Assembly (NCBI RefSeq): GCF_000619845.1
Contig: NZ_JHUX01000009.1
Location: 1-32,000, forward strand
Direction: 5' to 3'
Length of the DNA stretch: 32,000 nt
Origin: Alkanindiges illinoisensis DSM 15370
Lineage (GTDB): Bacteria; Pseudomonadota; Gammaproteobacteria; Pseudomonadales; Moraxellaceae
In this document: positions 1 through 8,820 of the stretch, piece by piece
Layout of the letters: every line of letters begins with the position of its first letter
Position numbering within the stretch: the first letter of the stretch is position 1
The notes under the pieces: generated by a model
What the model was told of the DNA's origin: nothing
Database searches by the model: none
The model's input: only the letters and a program-made list of their open reading frames with translations
Program-made: the position numbers and the translations under genes

Positions 1-2
1 AT

Positions 3-341
3 CTTGGGCATTTCGGGGTATCTCTGGTGGCACAAACAGGTTTGCAGTTTGACCTTTCCACATCTCAGGGAAAGCTCATGGCTTCTGTGATGTCTGCATT
101 AGCAGAGTTTGAGGGAGATTTACTACGTGAACGTGTGCGCTCTGGTGTAGCAGCGGCACAAGCGCGGGGCGTTGTGTTTGGTCGTCGTCCTGGTCAACGT
201 ACCAAGTCAGATCGTCTGGCACCTAAAGTGTTGGAGTTGGTGTCTGCTGGACACTCTTATCGACAAGTCGGTCGGCTGGTCAATCTAAGCAAAAATACCG
301 TGTTGGATATCGTTAAAAGAAGTCGGAGTGAAAATCCTTAG
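3..341 (+). CDS. Serine recombinase / resolvase, C-terminal part (5' end lies outside the window)
   Basis: The frame is open from the window edge (LGHFGVSLVAQTG...). GKLMASVMSALAEFEGDLLRERVRSGVAAAQARG matches the end of the resolvase catalytic domain plus E-helix. A C-terminal HTH follows (SYRQVGRLVNLSKNTVLDIV). Confidence 0.8.
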   Translation, partial: LGHFGVSLVAQTGLQFDLSTSQGKLMASVMSALAEFEGDLLRERVRSGVAAAQARGVVFGRRPGQRTKSDRLAPKVLELVSAGHSYRQVGRLVNLSKNTVLDIVKRSRSENP

Positions 342-463
342 CGTGCTATATTTTCCGTTTCCTGAGACGACCCCTTTTACTATCAGCAAAAATACGATAG
401 AAGTTGGCTTAGCAATACTCAACTAAATAGAATTGCTAAAACCAATATCTGAATTTTATTGAT

Positions 464-511
464 ATCAGTACAGTGTAAAGCCAAAATTACTGCCTTAAAC
501 ACTGTACTGAT
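464..511. terminator. Hairpin (13-bp perfect stem ATCAGTACAGTGT / ACACTGTACTGAT, 22-nt loop) between the resolvase and the convergent 82-aa ORF; possible bidirectional terminator
   Basis: The inverted repeat was read directly. It sits 8 nt downstream of the minus-strand ORF stop codon (520-522). The T-tract is weak (TTT on the plus side) and the loop is large. Confidence 0.35.
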
Positions 512-519
512 TTAAAAAA

Positions 520-768
520 TTATCGCTCTTTATTGGCCTGCGCTAAGACAGAGGCTGCTAAAGTTTTTGTTGTATCATTGTACTTGTCACTTTGCAGGAC
601 TCGAGACGCCTTGGATTCCATCTCACTGCCAGTTTGCTTACCTGAATTGGTTTGCGACAAAGCTGACGCCGCTAGCTCCTTCTGGATTGAGGAAGAAGAT
701 GAACTTCTTAAGGTCTGTGACGCCAAGGAACCTACAGCCTTTGATGTTTGTTTGGAATTGTTGGACAT
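520..768 (-). CDS. Small Ser/Ala-rich hypothetical protein (82 aa) with four internal A-x-S-x-L-x-Q-like repeats
   Basis: ATG start preceded by the SD-like AAGGGG 9 nt upstream on the minus strand. The competing plus-strand ORFs start at TTG without an SD. The protein is low-complexity with repeats (GSLASQT / AASALSQT / ASRVLQS / AASVLAQA). Confidence 0.5.
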   Translation of the reverse strand: MSNNSKQTSKAVGSLASQTLRSSSSSSIQKELAASALSQTNSGKQTGSEMESKASRVLQSDKYNDTTKTLAASVLAQANKER

Positions 769-961
769 GATTGATTACCCCTTCTATAAGATTTTTTAAG
801 TATAATCCATGACTTAAACTGGTCAATATTTGAACGACACAGAATGACGCTTGAAGCAAATTATTAGTATTTTTTATGGAAAATATCAGCTAAATTCTTT
901 AAATATAAATAGTTAAGCAACAAAAATGTTTCAGTCACTTCCATTTAAAAGGTAGAAAATA

Positions 962-2134
962 ATGAATCAGGAAGCAAACCAATTTAAAGCTAAGAAAAAA
1001 GGTTCCAAAAGTAGTTATTCAGCCATAAGTTTTGATGCTGTGGTACAGATTGCCAAAAAGTTCAAGCTACCAAGTTATGTAGCAGCTTACCTAACAATTG
1101 CTAGACATACAGATAAAGATGCTCATGGGGAGTTTGGAGAAAATCGGGTTAGCTGTGCAGGTGGTTTGAAAGTGAGTAAAGTGGCTGGGATTAGCCAGAT
1201 TACTGCCAAACAACGTCTAATGCAGCTCGCCAATCATGGGTTTTTGCAAAAAGCACCCAAGGGATTAAAAGTAAAAGGTAAGCAGGCCGAATGGATTATT
1301 CCGGCAACCCATATTCTTGACACAAACTTACCTCATCAACTTTTTGATGAATTTGAAACAGCCCAAGGAATAGGTATTCCACTCAAAAGAATCTTTGATG
1401 ATAAAGATAGAACACCTGAAGTAAAGTTGGCTGCCTTGGTAATGCTGATTTATTTATATAATAAACATGATTTATTGAATCATGGTGGAATCCCTCATAA
1501 CATTTTCTTTCGGGAATTCGAAAAAGATGGTGGAGAAACAGCAACTCTTGATGCAGATGGGTTATATCGCTGGGAATGTATACCTCAGAAAGGAACCTAT
1601 ACCTATGGAAATATTCAAAGTTCATTCTTGCAACTATTAGGTTACGAGTACAAAAAAGAGCTAAACCAAAGCATTTTTTGGCCTGCATATCAAATCCTCG
1701 ATGAATCAGGATTTTTAGTCGAAACTGTAATGTTATATGTAGAACAAAAACCATATTTGGTGATCCGGTTTAATGACTTGCATACCAGTCAGCAACTTAA
1801 AAGCTGGCTTGGTGAGCAGGAGACTGATGGATTAGGCTTTTATTACAATCCCAAATCATCACTAGTTCAGGATAATGAACTCTCAGAGCAATTTTATGTC
1901 AAGCTGCCCACAGATGTTAATCCAATCGAATATATGATGGAGCAACCACCGATTAAACGAGGCCACCCAAAGCCAGCACCTCAACGATTTTTTGAAATGC
2001 GTTATCAGTACTGGCTCCGTTTTAGATGCTCAGACCCTACCACTGGCATGGCCATTGAAAAGTTCAATTCATTACTAGAAAGTCTCAAATCAATGGCCAT
2101 TGATACGGTAAATGAAAATACAGATGACATATAG
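962..2134 (+). CDS. Hypothetical protein, 390 aa, with a probable N-terminal winged-helix/HTH domain
   Basis: Long ORF with an ATG preceded by AAAAGGTAG. The N-terminal segment (VSKVAGISQITAKQRLMQLANHGFLQK) looks like an HTH recognition unit. No family was recognised for the rest of the protein. Confidence 0.6.
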   Translation: MNQEANQFKAKKKGSKSSYSAISFDAVVQIAKKFKLPSYVAAYLTIARHTDKDAHGEFGENRVSCAGGLKVSKVAGISQITAKQRLMQLANHGFLQKAPKGLKVKGKQAEWIIPATHILDTNLPHQLFDEFETAQGIGIPLKRIFDDKDRTPEVKLAALVMLIYLYNKHDLLNHGGIPHNIFFREFEKDGGETATLDADGLYRWECIPQKGTYTYGNIQSSFLQLLGYEYKKELNQSIFWPAYQILDESGFLVETVMLYVEQKPYLVIRFNDLHTSQQLKSWLGEQETDGLGFYYNPKSSLVQDNELSEQFYVKLPTDVNPIEYMMEQPPIKRGHPKPAPQRFFEMRYQYWLRFRCSDPTTGMAIEKFNSLLESLKSMAIDTVNENTDDI

Positions 2135-2470
2135 GTAGTATGAAAATATATAACTATTATGAACTATACCTAAGTATGAAATTTATAGGTTGAGTGAATA
2201 ATATAAATAATATGACTTGAATATATGTGAGAGTGTCGCCCAAAAATAAAGCTTTTCTCATCTCAAGATTTGAAGTCAAGCAACAGTAAATGGCTGATCG
2301 GAAATAACAGTTGGCTTAATAGATTTAACTTCAGATACGGTATTAATCTCTACGCTATTATAGAACTGATTTTACAGCGTATCGTTATTTTGCATTTAAG
2401 ACAAAAAGCGATTGGTTATTACACCAAAACAAGTAACTAACGATTGAAAAATAACCCTAGCTCAAACCTA

Positions 2471-3034
2471 TTAGGCAGTTAAGCCAACTTGTTGACTGCT
2501 CATTAGATTTTCAATCACTGTCCAGCCGTTTAAATAATCCATTGGTTTAAACCTGGCATTGACCAGCATCCCTTCAGCCATATTCACCAGCAAATGCGCC
2601 AAAGTTGCCGGGTCACTGACCTGTAATGCCATCAACAGGTTTTTAACCAGCTCAAGCTTCCAGTGCTTATGCCGGTGAATGATTTTAAAGATGGAGCCAT
2701 ACTCATCATCGCATTCAATGGTCGCCTTATTAAACAGGCAACCCTTAAAATGCGACGAGCTACTAAATTCCACATGCCATTGAAAGAAGGCCTTGAGCTT
2801 TTCCGCATGTCCGGACGCCCGGTTCATGCGGTGGGTTAAGTCATTCTGGATCAGCAGGCTTTCTTCTTTAAGGCAATCCTCAATTAGACTGGTTTTGGAT
2901 GGGAAGTATTTATAAAAAGTCATCTTGGCCACGTTTGAGGTACTGATGATCTTGTCCACCCCGGTACGGCTAAATCCATGCTGGTGAAACAGGGATAAGG
3001 CCGTGCTGAGAATCTGGCTTTGCTTTTGGGTCAT
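2471..3034 (-). CDS. TetR/AcrR-family transcriptional regulator
   Basis: Canonical N-terminal TetR HTH: ILSTALSLFHQHGFSRTGVDKIISTSNVAKMTFYKYFPSKTSLI. At 187 aa the size is typical of the family. Confidence 0.9.
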   Translation of the reverse strand: MTQKQSQILSTALSLFHQHGFSRTGVDKIISTSNVAKMTFYKYFPSKTSLIEDCLKEESLLIQNDLTHRMNRASGHAEKLKAFFQWHVEFSSSSHFKGCLFNKATIECDDEYGSIFKIIHRHKHWKLELVKNLLMALQVSDPATLAHLLVNMAEGMLVNARFKPMDYLNGWTVIENLMSSQQVGLTA

Positions 3035-3105
3035 TGCTCAATCCTTCAGTTTACATAAAGTATCGGGAATACTTGATGGATGATCAAACTTGGTCATAGT
3101 CAGTC

Positions 3106-5346
3106 CTACACCAGATTGCTCGGATCAGGAACCGGATTATAGGAAAAGTTTTTGTCATCCGGTGTCCCTGTAATCACCGGCTTGCCAAGCTTATCCTCAT
3201 AGGATTGTTTGCAGGCTGGATAGCCAGAGCAGCCCCAGAACGCATAAGCCTTCCTGCCTTTCTTGCCGGTACGCCGGATCAGGCCACTGCCGCAGGCCTG
3301 ACACTTAAACTGACTGGATACAGCGGCTTTAGGCTTTGGCTGCCCCGGCTTGCCACCCGCATCCGGCAGGGTGGTTTTACAGCTCTCCCGGTCACTACAG
3401 CCCCAAAAGGCCTGTTTGCCGGGTATGGCAATGCGGTTCATGGGCTTGGCACATTTTGGACATGGAACTGAATCCGCCAATTTGACAGAGCCACTTTGCT
3501 TGACACTATCGACTTCCCGGCCAATATAGGTCATCAGGTTTTGCACAAAGCCAACCACATCCTGTTTGGTCTTTAATGCTTTTTGCTGTTCATGCCAGAT
3601 CGCGGTCATATCAGGATACTTGGCCTGATCCGGCAACGCGTCATACAGTTTTTCCCCAATTGGTGTACTGACAATGCTTTTGCCTTGTTCGGCTAAAAAG
3701 CCACGATCAAACAGGGTTTTAATAATACTGTCACGGGTGGCTGGTGTCCCAATGCCCCCATGCTCGCCCTGCTTGTCCTTATCTTTATCAACCAGGGTTT
3801 TACGCAGTCGCTCATCCTTGACGTACTTGGCCACACGGGTTAAATCGCTTAGCAGCGTGGCTATCGTATACAGTGCGGGTGGCTTGGTTTCCTTCTTTTC
3901 TGCAATGGCCTTGATGCACTGGCCTTGATCATGCTGCTTTAAGGTTCGCAGGTCACAGGCCAGGATATGGTCATCCTGGGCCAAATCCTCATTGTCCTGG
4001 TCATTTTTATATAATACTTTCCAGCCCATCCGGGTTGGCACTTCCGCAGAGGCGGTAAACTGGTGCTTACCCACATTGATGAGGATATCGGTACGGTCAT
4101 AGCAGTAATTGGGGAAAAACTGGGCAATATATGCCCTGGCAATCAGCAAATAGATTTTCTGTTCTGCATCAGTCAATTTATTTAAGTCGGCCGTTGCTTC
4201 AGTGGGAATGATTGCATGGTGCGCTGATACCTTGGCACTGTTAAATGCCCGGCTTTTGATACTTGGATCTGATTTACCAATCAGGTTGGCAAAGATTGGG
4301 GCAGTCTGGCCAATGGCTGCCAAAACACCCGGCACATCCCCATGCTGCTCATCACTTAAATACTCGCAGTCTGACCGGTTATAGGTAATCAGCTTATATT
4401 TCTCGCGCAGGTTCTGGGTAATGGTTTTCACCTGGTCTGGCTTCATGCCAAACTTGCGCGATGCATCAGTTTGCAGTTTAAGCAGGTTATAAGGTAAAGG
4501 TGGCGGGGTTTGTTTGGCTTCAGTTTTAACGCTGGCCAAAATCGCCGTATGGCCAGTAGCATCCTGAGCAATTTGTTTGGCCTGAACTTCATCGGTCAGG
4601 CGTTTTTTTTCGTCCACCGTATCGGACTCTTTGACCAGATAGCGACCGTTGAAGTTTAAACCCTGAATATCAAAATCACCGGTTACGCTATAGTAAAAAC
4701 TTTTCTGGTGACTGGCGTGTAAGCGGCAGCGGCGCACCACCAGTCCCAGGATCGGCGTTTGTACCCGGCCCACGCTTAATACGCCCTGATGACCCTGATT
4801 CTGGGCTTTTAGTGTATAGGCACGGGTCAGGTTATAGCCATAGAGCTGGTCGCCCACTGAACGGGCTTCGGCTGCCGCAGACAACGGGGCAAATTCCTGG
4901 TTATCGCGCAGGTTGGCCAGCGCCTTTTGCACCACTTTTAAATTGTTGTCATTAATCAGTACCCGTTTCACCGGCAGGGTGCATTTGGCAAATTCCAGCA
5001 GCTCATCAATCAAGAGCTGGCCTTCATCATCAGGATCACCGGCATGCACCACTTCCCGCGCCTGCTTGAGCAAGGCCATGATTTTTTTAACCTGGTCTTT
5101 TTTATCACTAGCGACTTTTTTCTTCCAGGGTACATGCGAGAACGGTAAATCGGCCATGTTCCACTTTTTATATTTGGCGTCATAATCTTCAGGATCGCAC
5201 AGTTGCAACATGTGGCCAAAACACCAGGTCACGGCATCCTGTCCACACTGAAAATAGCCATCCTGACTTTTACCACCGCCCAGGCCATCACGGATTGCCT
5301 TGGCGAGATCGGGTTTTTCCGCAATGAATAAGCGTCTAATGGTCAT
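3106..5346 (-). CDS. topB: DNA topoisomerase III (type IA) with C-terminal zinc-ribbon repeats
   Basis: Toprim N-terminus (RLFIAEKPDLAKAI; DPDDEGQLL). Active-site region ITYNRSDCEYLS. C-terminal CxxC...FWGCS...C modules (CPKCAKPM..FWGCS; CQACGSGL..FWGCSGYPACK). Plasmid TopB/TraE-like genes commonly accompany P-type T4SS. Confidence 0.9.
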   Translation of the reverse strand: MTIRRLFIAEKPDLAKAIRDGLGGGKSQDGYFQCGQDAVTWCFGHMLQLCDPEDYDAKYKKWNMADLPFSHVPWKKKVASDKKDQVKKIMALLKQAREVVHAGDPDDEGQLLIDELLEFAKCTLPVKRVLINDNNLKVVQKALANLRDNQEFAPLSAAAEARSVGDQLYGYNLTRAYTLKAQNQGHQGVLSVGRVQTPILGLVVRRCRLHASHQKSFYYSVTGDFDIQGLNFNGRYLVKESDTVDEKKRLTDEVQAKQIAQDATGHTAILASVKTEAKQTPPPLPYNLLKLQTDASRKFGMKPDQVKTITQNLREKYKLITYNRSDCEYLSDEQHGDVPGVLAAIGQTAPIFANLIGKSDPSIKSRAFNSAKVSAHHAIIPTEATADLNKLTDAEQKIYLLIARAYIAQFFPNYCYDRTDILINVGKHQFTASAEVPTRMGWKVLYKNDQDNEDLAQDDHILACDLRTLKQHDQGQCIKAIAEKKETKPPALYTIATLLSDLTRVAKYVKDERLRKTLVDKDKDKQGEHGGIGTPATRDSIIKTLFDRGFLAEQGKSIVSTPIGEKLYDALPDQAKYPDMTAIWHEQQKALKTKQDVVGFVQNLMTYIGREVDSVKQSGSVKLADSVPCPKCAKPMNRIAIPGKQAFWGCSDRESCKTTLPDAGGKPGQPKPKAAVSSQFKCQACGSGLIRRTGKKGRKAYAFWGCSGYPACKQSYEDKLGKPVITGTPDDKNFSYNPVPDPSNLV

Positions 5347-5379
5347 GGTGGTATCCTTGGTTACGCCAAATATTAAAAT

Positions 5380-5763
5380 CTAGTGGTCGTGCAGCACTTT
5401 TCTTAATCGTTCCCCTTCAGCTTTAATCTGCTCACTGTCCAGGGATTTAATCAGTAATGTGGGTAAGTTATGGGCGGCGTCTGCAATCAGTTTAAGCAGG
5501 CCTAAATCTTCCTGTAATAGCTCAGGCGCTTTGTGGCTCATAGATTCAGTATGTACCCGGATTTTAGTCAGGGCATAGTGAATCAAAATTAAGGCGCTGG
5601 CATTGACCTGATGCAATTCATTGACGGCAATCAATGACTTAATCTGGATAAAATCCATATCTGTCATATTAAAATCAGCAGCAGTAACTTTGGATAAGGC
5701 CATTTCCATGACTCGGTGTGCTTGATTGAGTACTTCATCATTATTGATAAAATTATATTGCAT
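5380..5763 (-). CDS. Hypothetical protein (127 aa) between trbI and topB
   Basis: ORF co-oriented with the operon and tightly spaced within it. No recognisable motif. Confidence 0.5.
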   Translation of the reverse strand: MQYNFINNDEVLNQAHRVMEMALSKVTAADFNMTDMDFIQIKSLIAVNELHQVNASALILIHYALTKIRVHTESMSHKAPELLQEDLGLLKLIADAAHNLPTLLIKSLDSEQIKAEGERLRKVLHDH

Positions 5764-5816
5764 GACCCTAAACCTGAATGAAAGCGCTCTTGCCTGTGGA
5801 AGTGAATCACTGAAAT

Positions 5817-5847
5817 CTGGAAGTTAGAAATTTAACTTCCAGTTTTT
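5817..5847. terminator. Hairpin CTGGAAGTTA-(6 nt)-TAACTTCCAG followed by TTTTT on the plus strand, just distal to the trbI stop
   Basis: A perfect 10-bp stem read directly. The T-run is on the plus side only, whereas the flanking genes are on the minus strand. It may attenuate or stabilise the transcript rather than terminate it. Confidence 0.35.
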
Positions 5848-5870
5848 AGGTAACCAGTTAACGACTAAAG

Positions 5871-7370
5871 TTAATGGTAAGGTTTTAGGATCATGTCCTT
5901 TTTAACCATGATATTGAACCGGTAGCCTGGGCGAATCTTCAGGGTTGGTGCAATATTCATATTACGACGCGCCAGCTCCGTACCTAGTTCGCTATATTGC
6001 TGGCCAATTGCCCCAGCAACGGTTTGTCGCTCATTAATATTTTCACCATTGGACGCTTGAGGCTGTGATAACTGAGCACCCGCACTCAACAGGGACAGTA
6101 AGGTCGCTTGGCCAAACAGCTTGACGTAGTGATTATTGACCTTGTCATGAAAACCGGCATAGCCAGCCTGATCATAACCACTCATATTTTCCAGACTGAT
6201 CGAAGCCCCATCAGGATAAATAATTCGTGTCCAAGCAATCAGAATCCGGGTTTGTCCCAGCGTAACCCCATTGTCATACAGGCCTACCAGTTTTGCACCT
6301 TGCGGAATCAGCAAATATTTACCTGTTTTATTGTCATACACATTCTGACTCACCTGTCCTACGATTTGACCTGGTAAATCACTGCTAATCCCACTGACCA
6401 TCACGCCGGGAATTACCGTACCGGCTTTAACCTCATACGGTGACAATGCCGGAACCAGGGCTTTATTTAAGTACACATCTTCAGACTGGTCAGATTTTGC
6501 AAAATCTGCTTTACGCGACTGGCCATTCAGCTCATCCATTGACGGACGGTCATTGCCCCCACTCCGGGATGCTACTGAATCTATATCAGGCGCGGATGAA
6601 CTACCGCCCAAGGCATTCATTAGGCCACCACCCGATGAACCACTTGATGATGATTTTTTCAGATTGCCGTTAATGGTAGTTGATGCTCCTAAAACACTGC
6701 CCAGCATATTCTGTTCATCAGAAATGGCCTGCATCTTGGCACCTTCACGCTGGCGAACAGCTTCAATTCTGGCCTGATTTAAGGCCTGCATGTTCTGGTT
6801 CTGCATTTCCAGACGTTGACGCTCAGCATCCAGTAGCATCAAGCGACGCTTGTTTTGATAATCCTCTAAAGAACCCTCTAAAGGTGCAGTCGCTACAGGC
6901 GTAGTTGCCCCGGACAAATTGCCACAAGCCCGTTGTTGTGGTGAACCATCAGGATTTAATGCAAGCTGGCCATCAGGCCCGATGACATTTTCCAAACACG
7001 GTGCGCTTGTCCCTGCCCCACTTAAACTATAGGCAGGCGCTGGTGCAATAGAGCCATTGGTTGGTGCGTTTTTAAATAATTCTTCAGGGGCTTTATTATC
7101 ACCAGAAGTTTGTGCCCCTGGCGTGGGTTCATCTTCTGCCAGTTGCGCTTCATCATGCTTGGTGCTATTGATCATGGCAAATGCAATCATGGCAATGGAA
7201 ACAATCGCAATGACCAGAATAACAATAAGGGGCGTTTTGGTCAGGCGACGGCCGCCGGTTACCTGTTGACGGTCACCTTCCAAAATATCAGGTGAATCCG
7301 TTGATGCCGGATTGTTTAAATCCAGATCATCGGGCTGTTGTTCATAGTTTGGTTTTTCAGCCATGATCAA
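5871..7370 (-). CDS. trbI: P-type T4SS protein TrbI (VirB10 family)
   Basis: N-terminal TM segment (LIVILVIAIVSIAMIAFAMI), Pro/Gly-rich linker, and a conserved C-terminal beta-barrel region ending RPGYRFNIMVKKDMILKPY. It is the last gene in the trbB..I order. Confidence 0.9.
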   Translation of the reverse strand: MIMAEKPNYEQQPDDLDLNNPASTDSPDILEGDRQQVTGGRRLTKTPLIVILVIAIVSIAMIAFAMINSTKHDEAQLAEDEPTPGAQTSGDNKAPEELFKNAPTNGSIAPAPAYSLSGAGTSAPCLENVIGPDGQLALNPDGSPQQRACGNLSGATTPVATAPLEGSLEDYQNKRRLMLLDAERQRLEMQNQNMQALNQARIEAVRQREGAKMQAISDEQNMLGSVLGASTTINGNLKKSSSSGSSGGGLMNALGGSSSAPDIDSVASRSGGNDRPSMDELNGQSRKADFAKSDQSEDVYLNKALVPALSPYEVKAGTVIPGVMVSGISSDLPGQIVGQVSQNVYDNKTGKYLLIPQGAKLVGLYDNGVTLGQTRILIAWTRIIYPDGASISLENMSGYDQAGYAGFHDKVNNHYVKLFGQATLLSLLSAGAQLSQPQASNGENINERQTVAGAIGQQYSELGTELARRNMNIAPTLKIRPGYRFNIMVKKDMILKPYH

Positions 7371-7804
7371 CCCCCTTTAACTGTATAGCTATTGAGCAAA
7401 GACCATTGTTTTGTCTGAGTGTCCCGGATCAGCATATTCGTCACTTCCTGCCCATTTAACCGGATCACAATGAGCAGGCCATTTTCTAAAGGTGTGACCT
7501 GATACGCCAAAGGAACAGCAGAAGGATTCGGCGCTGTCCCATCAGCAATGCCAAAGCCCCGATTTTTTAAATTGGCCGTCAGTGCAGTGGCCAGCCTGTC
7601 CTTTTGACGCGCTGGAATGACGTTAACAGTGCTATTGGCCGCAGGCAATTTATACGCGACATATCGAGCAATGGCATCAGCCAGAATCTCTGTATTGGCA
7701 GCCGTCACACCCGATGTATAAGAACCCTGGTTAATGGGCTGATTGACACAACCGGTCTGACCCAGGGCAACGATTAAGGCAAGTGCCAGTAATTTTGCTT
7801 TCAT
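7367..7804 (-). CDS. trbH: T4SS lipoprotein, TrbH-like (VirB7-type position)
   Basis: Lipoprotein signal peptide with lipobox (LIVALGQTG-C). It lies between trbG and trbI and overlaps the trbI start by 4 nt. Confidence 0.65.
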   Translation of the reverse strand: MKAKLLALALIVALGQTGCVNQPINQGSYTSGVTAANTEILADAIARYVAYKLPAANSTVNVIPARQKDRLATALTANLKNRGFGIADGTAPNPSAVPLAYQVTPLENGLLIVIRLNGQEVTNMLIRDTQTKQWSLLNSYTVKGG

Positions 7805-7806
7805 GC

Positions 7807-8808
7807 TTATTGCCCCCGTACTATATCCACACGCACTTGCTTACGGCCAATACCACTGACCAGCATGGCACGATCAATCACGCTATCGACCACAAAGCGG
7901 TCATTCACCAAGCGGTAATTAATCAGTTGTTCTTTTTTATCAGCGCCTATGGCCAGTAACGCAGGCAATTCAATATTGGATTTACTCAAGTTTGCCGGAA
8001 ACTGAATATAAGTTTTAGCGCCATCGGTATAAACACGTTCAGGTTTCCAAGCTGGCGAATCACCACGCACTTTAAAATTAAAGTCTAGGCCAGCCACATT
8101 TTGGCCATCACTAAGTACATTGGACGCCTGGTTTTTTTCCTTTGCTGCATTGTATTTTTGCCAAGCGGCAGCCGTATCTTCCGGGTACTGGAATGACACC
8201 AGAGGCATCCAGTCATTAATTCGGCTAATCAGTTTAATCACATACAAGCGGCGGTCAGTGGATACCGCGACATTGGTGGATAAATTACTGTCAGTCGGCT
8301 TAACCACGACCAGAGAGGTTTCATTATCGCCACTACCGACCACTGAAGGCACAACCTTCCAGCGTACATTATCTGCCAGATCAATTTGTGTAATGGTCTC
8401 ACCCGGCTGCAACTTGATCACACAGGTATATAAAGGCGCGCACACCACTGAAGGCAAGCTGGCACCATAAGCAAATACAACCGACCCATCCTGCCCACGA
8501 CCCGGCAAGTCAGGACGCTTGATCCATTCATCAGCAATTCTTGTTCCTGCCTGTTCTTTGGCGTTCAAATTAGGCTGTACCCCTTTAAGCAGGTTTACAG
8601 GGATGGCATTGCCCCCATTCCCCCCTGAGCTTCCCAAACTGCCCACACCTTGCATGGCTTGGCTAAATGCAGGATTCTGTAGCATTTCTGCTTGTTGCGC
8701 CAAGGCATCAGCAGGGCTAATCGCAGGAACCGCAGCATGGGCGACAGTGGTACTCAAGGCAGCAGCAATTAAAGTTGATTTTAAGGTTTTCATAGATTTA
8801 ATTCCCAA
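7807..8808 (-). CDS. trbG: P-type T4SS protein TrbG (VirB9 family)
   Basis: Signal peptide (AAALSTTVAHA) and a size and position typical of TrbG, with VirB9-like C-terminal beta-rich domains. It ends 3 nt before the trbH start. Confidence 0.85.
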   Translation of the reverse strand: MGIKSMKTLKSTLIAAALSTTVAHAAVPAISPADALAQQAEMLQNPAFSQAMQGVGSLGSSGGNGGNAIPVNLLKGVQPNLNAKEQAGTRIADEWIKRPDLPGRGQDGSVVFAYGASLPSVVCAPLYTCVIKLQPGETITQIDLADNVRWKVVPSVVGSGDNETSLVVVKPTDSNLSTNVAVSTDRRLYVIKLISRINDWMPLVSFQYPEDTAAAWQKYNAAKEKNQASNVLSDGQNVAGLDFNFKVRGDSPAWKPERVYTDGAKTYIQFPANLSKSNIELPALLAIGADKKEQLINYRLVNDRFVVDSVIDRAMLVSGIGRKQVRVDIVRGQ

Positions 8809-8820
8809 TAAGTATTTGTT

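Noticed and set aside
533-859. Alternative ORFs overlapping the 82-aa gene (533-799 +, 567-770 +, 638-859 -)
   Set aside because: The plus-strand candidates start at TTG or at internal ATGs without an SD. The minus-strand ATG at 768 has AAGGGG upstream and a downstream hairpin. The choice is not certain, hence only moderate confidence for the called gene.
2135-2230. TATGA(A/C)-containing short repeats as possible iterons of a second origin
   Set aside because: There are only 3-4 loose copies with irregular spacing (20, 16, 36 bp) in very AT-rich DNA, which is not distinguishable from chance. They are kept only as a remark in a low-interest finding.
3205-5219. Several 60-90 aa ORFs antisense to or overlapping topB (3205-3471, 3674-3928, 3939-4142, 4202-4384, 4913-5185, 5010-5219)
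   Set aside because: They lie entirely inside a well-supported 746-aa topoisomerase gene. Their products are low-complexity or Ser/Pro/Arg-rich, as is typical of off-frame translation, and none has an SD.
5857-5864. GTTAACGA half-site at the trbI stop, and CGTTAAC inside trbH (about 7621)
   Set aside because: Only one half of the 14-bp palindrome is present and there is no symmetric partner. Matches this short are expected by chance.
6108-7295. ORFs antisense to trbI (6108-6377, 6440-6673, 6553-6777, 6680-6904, 7057-7269, 7110-7295)
   Set aside because: These are shadow ORFs within the VirB10-family gene, with no independent signals.
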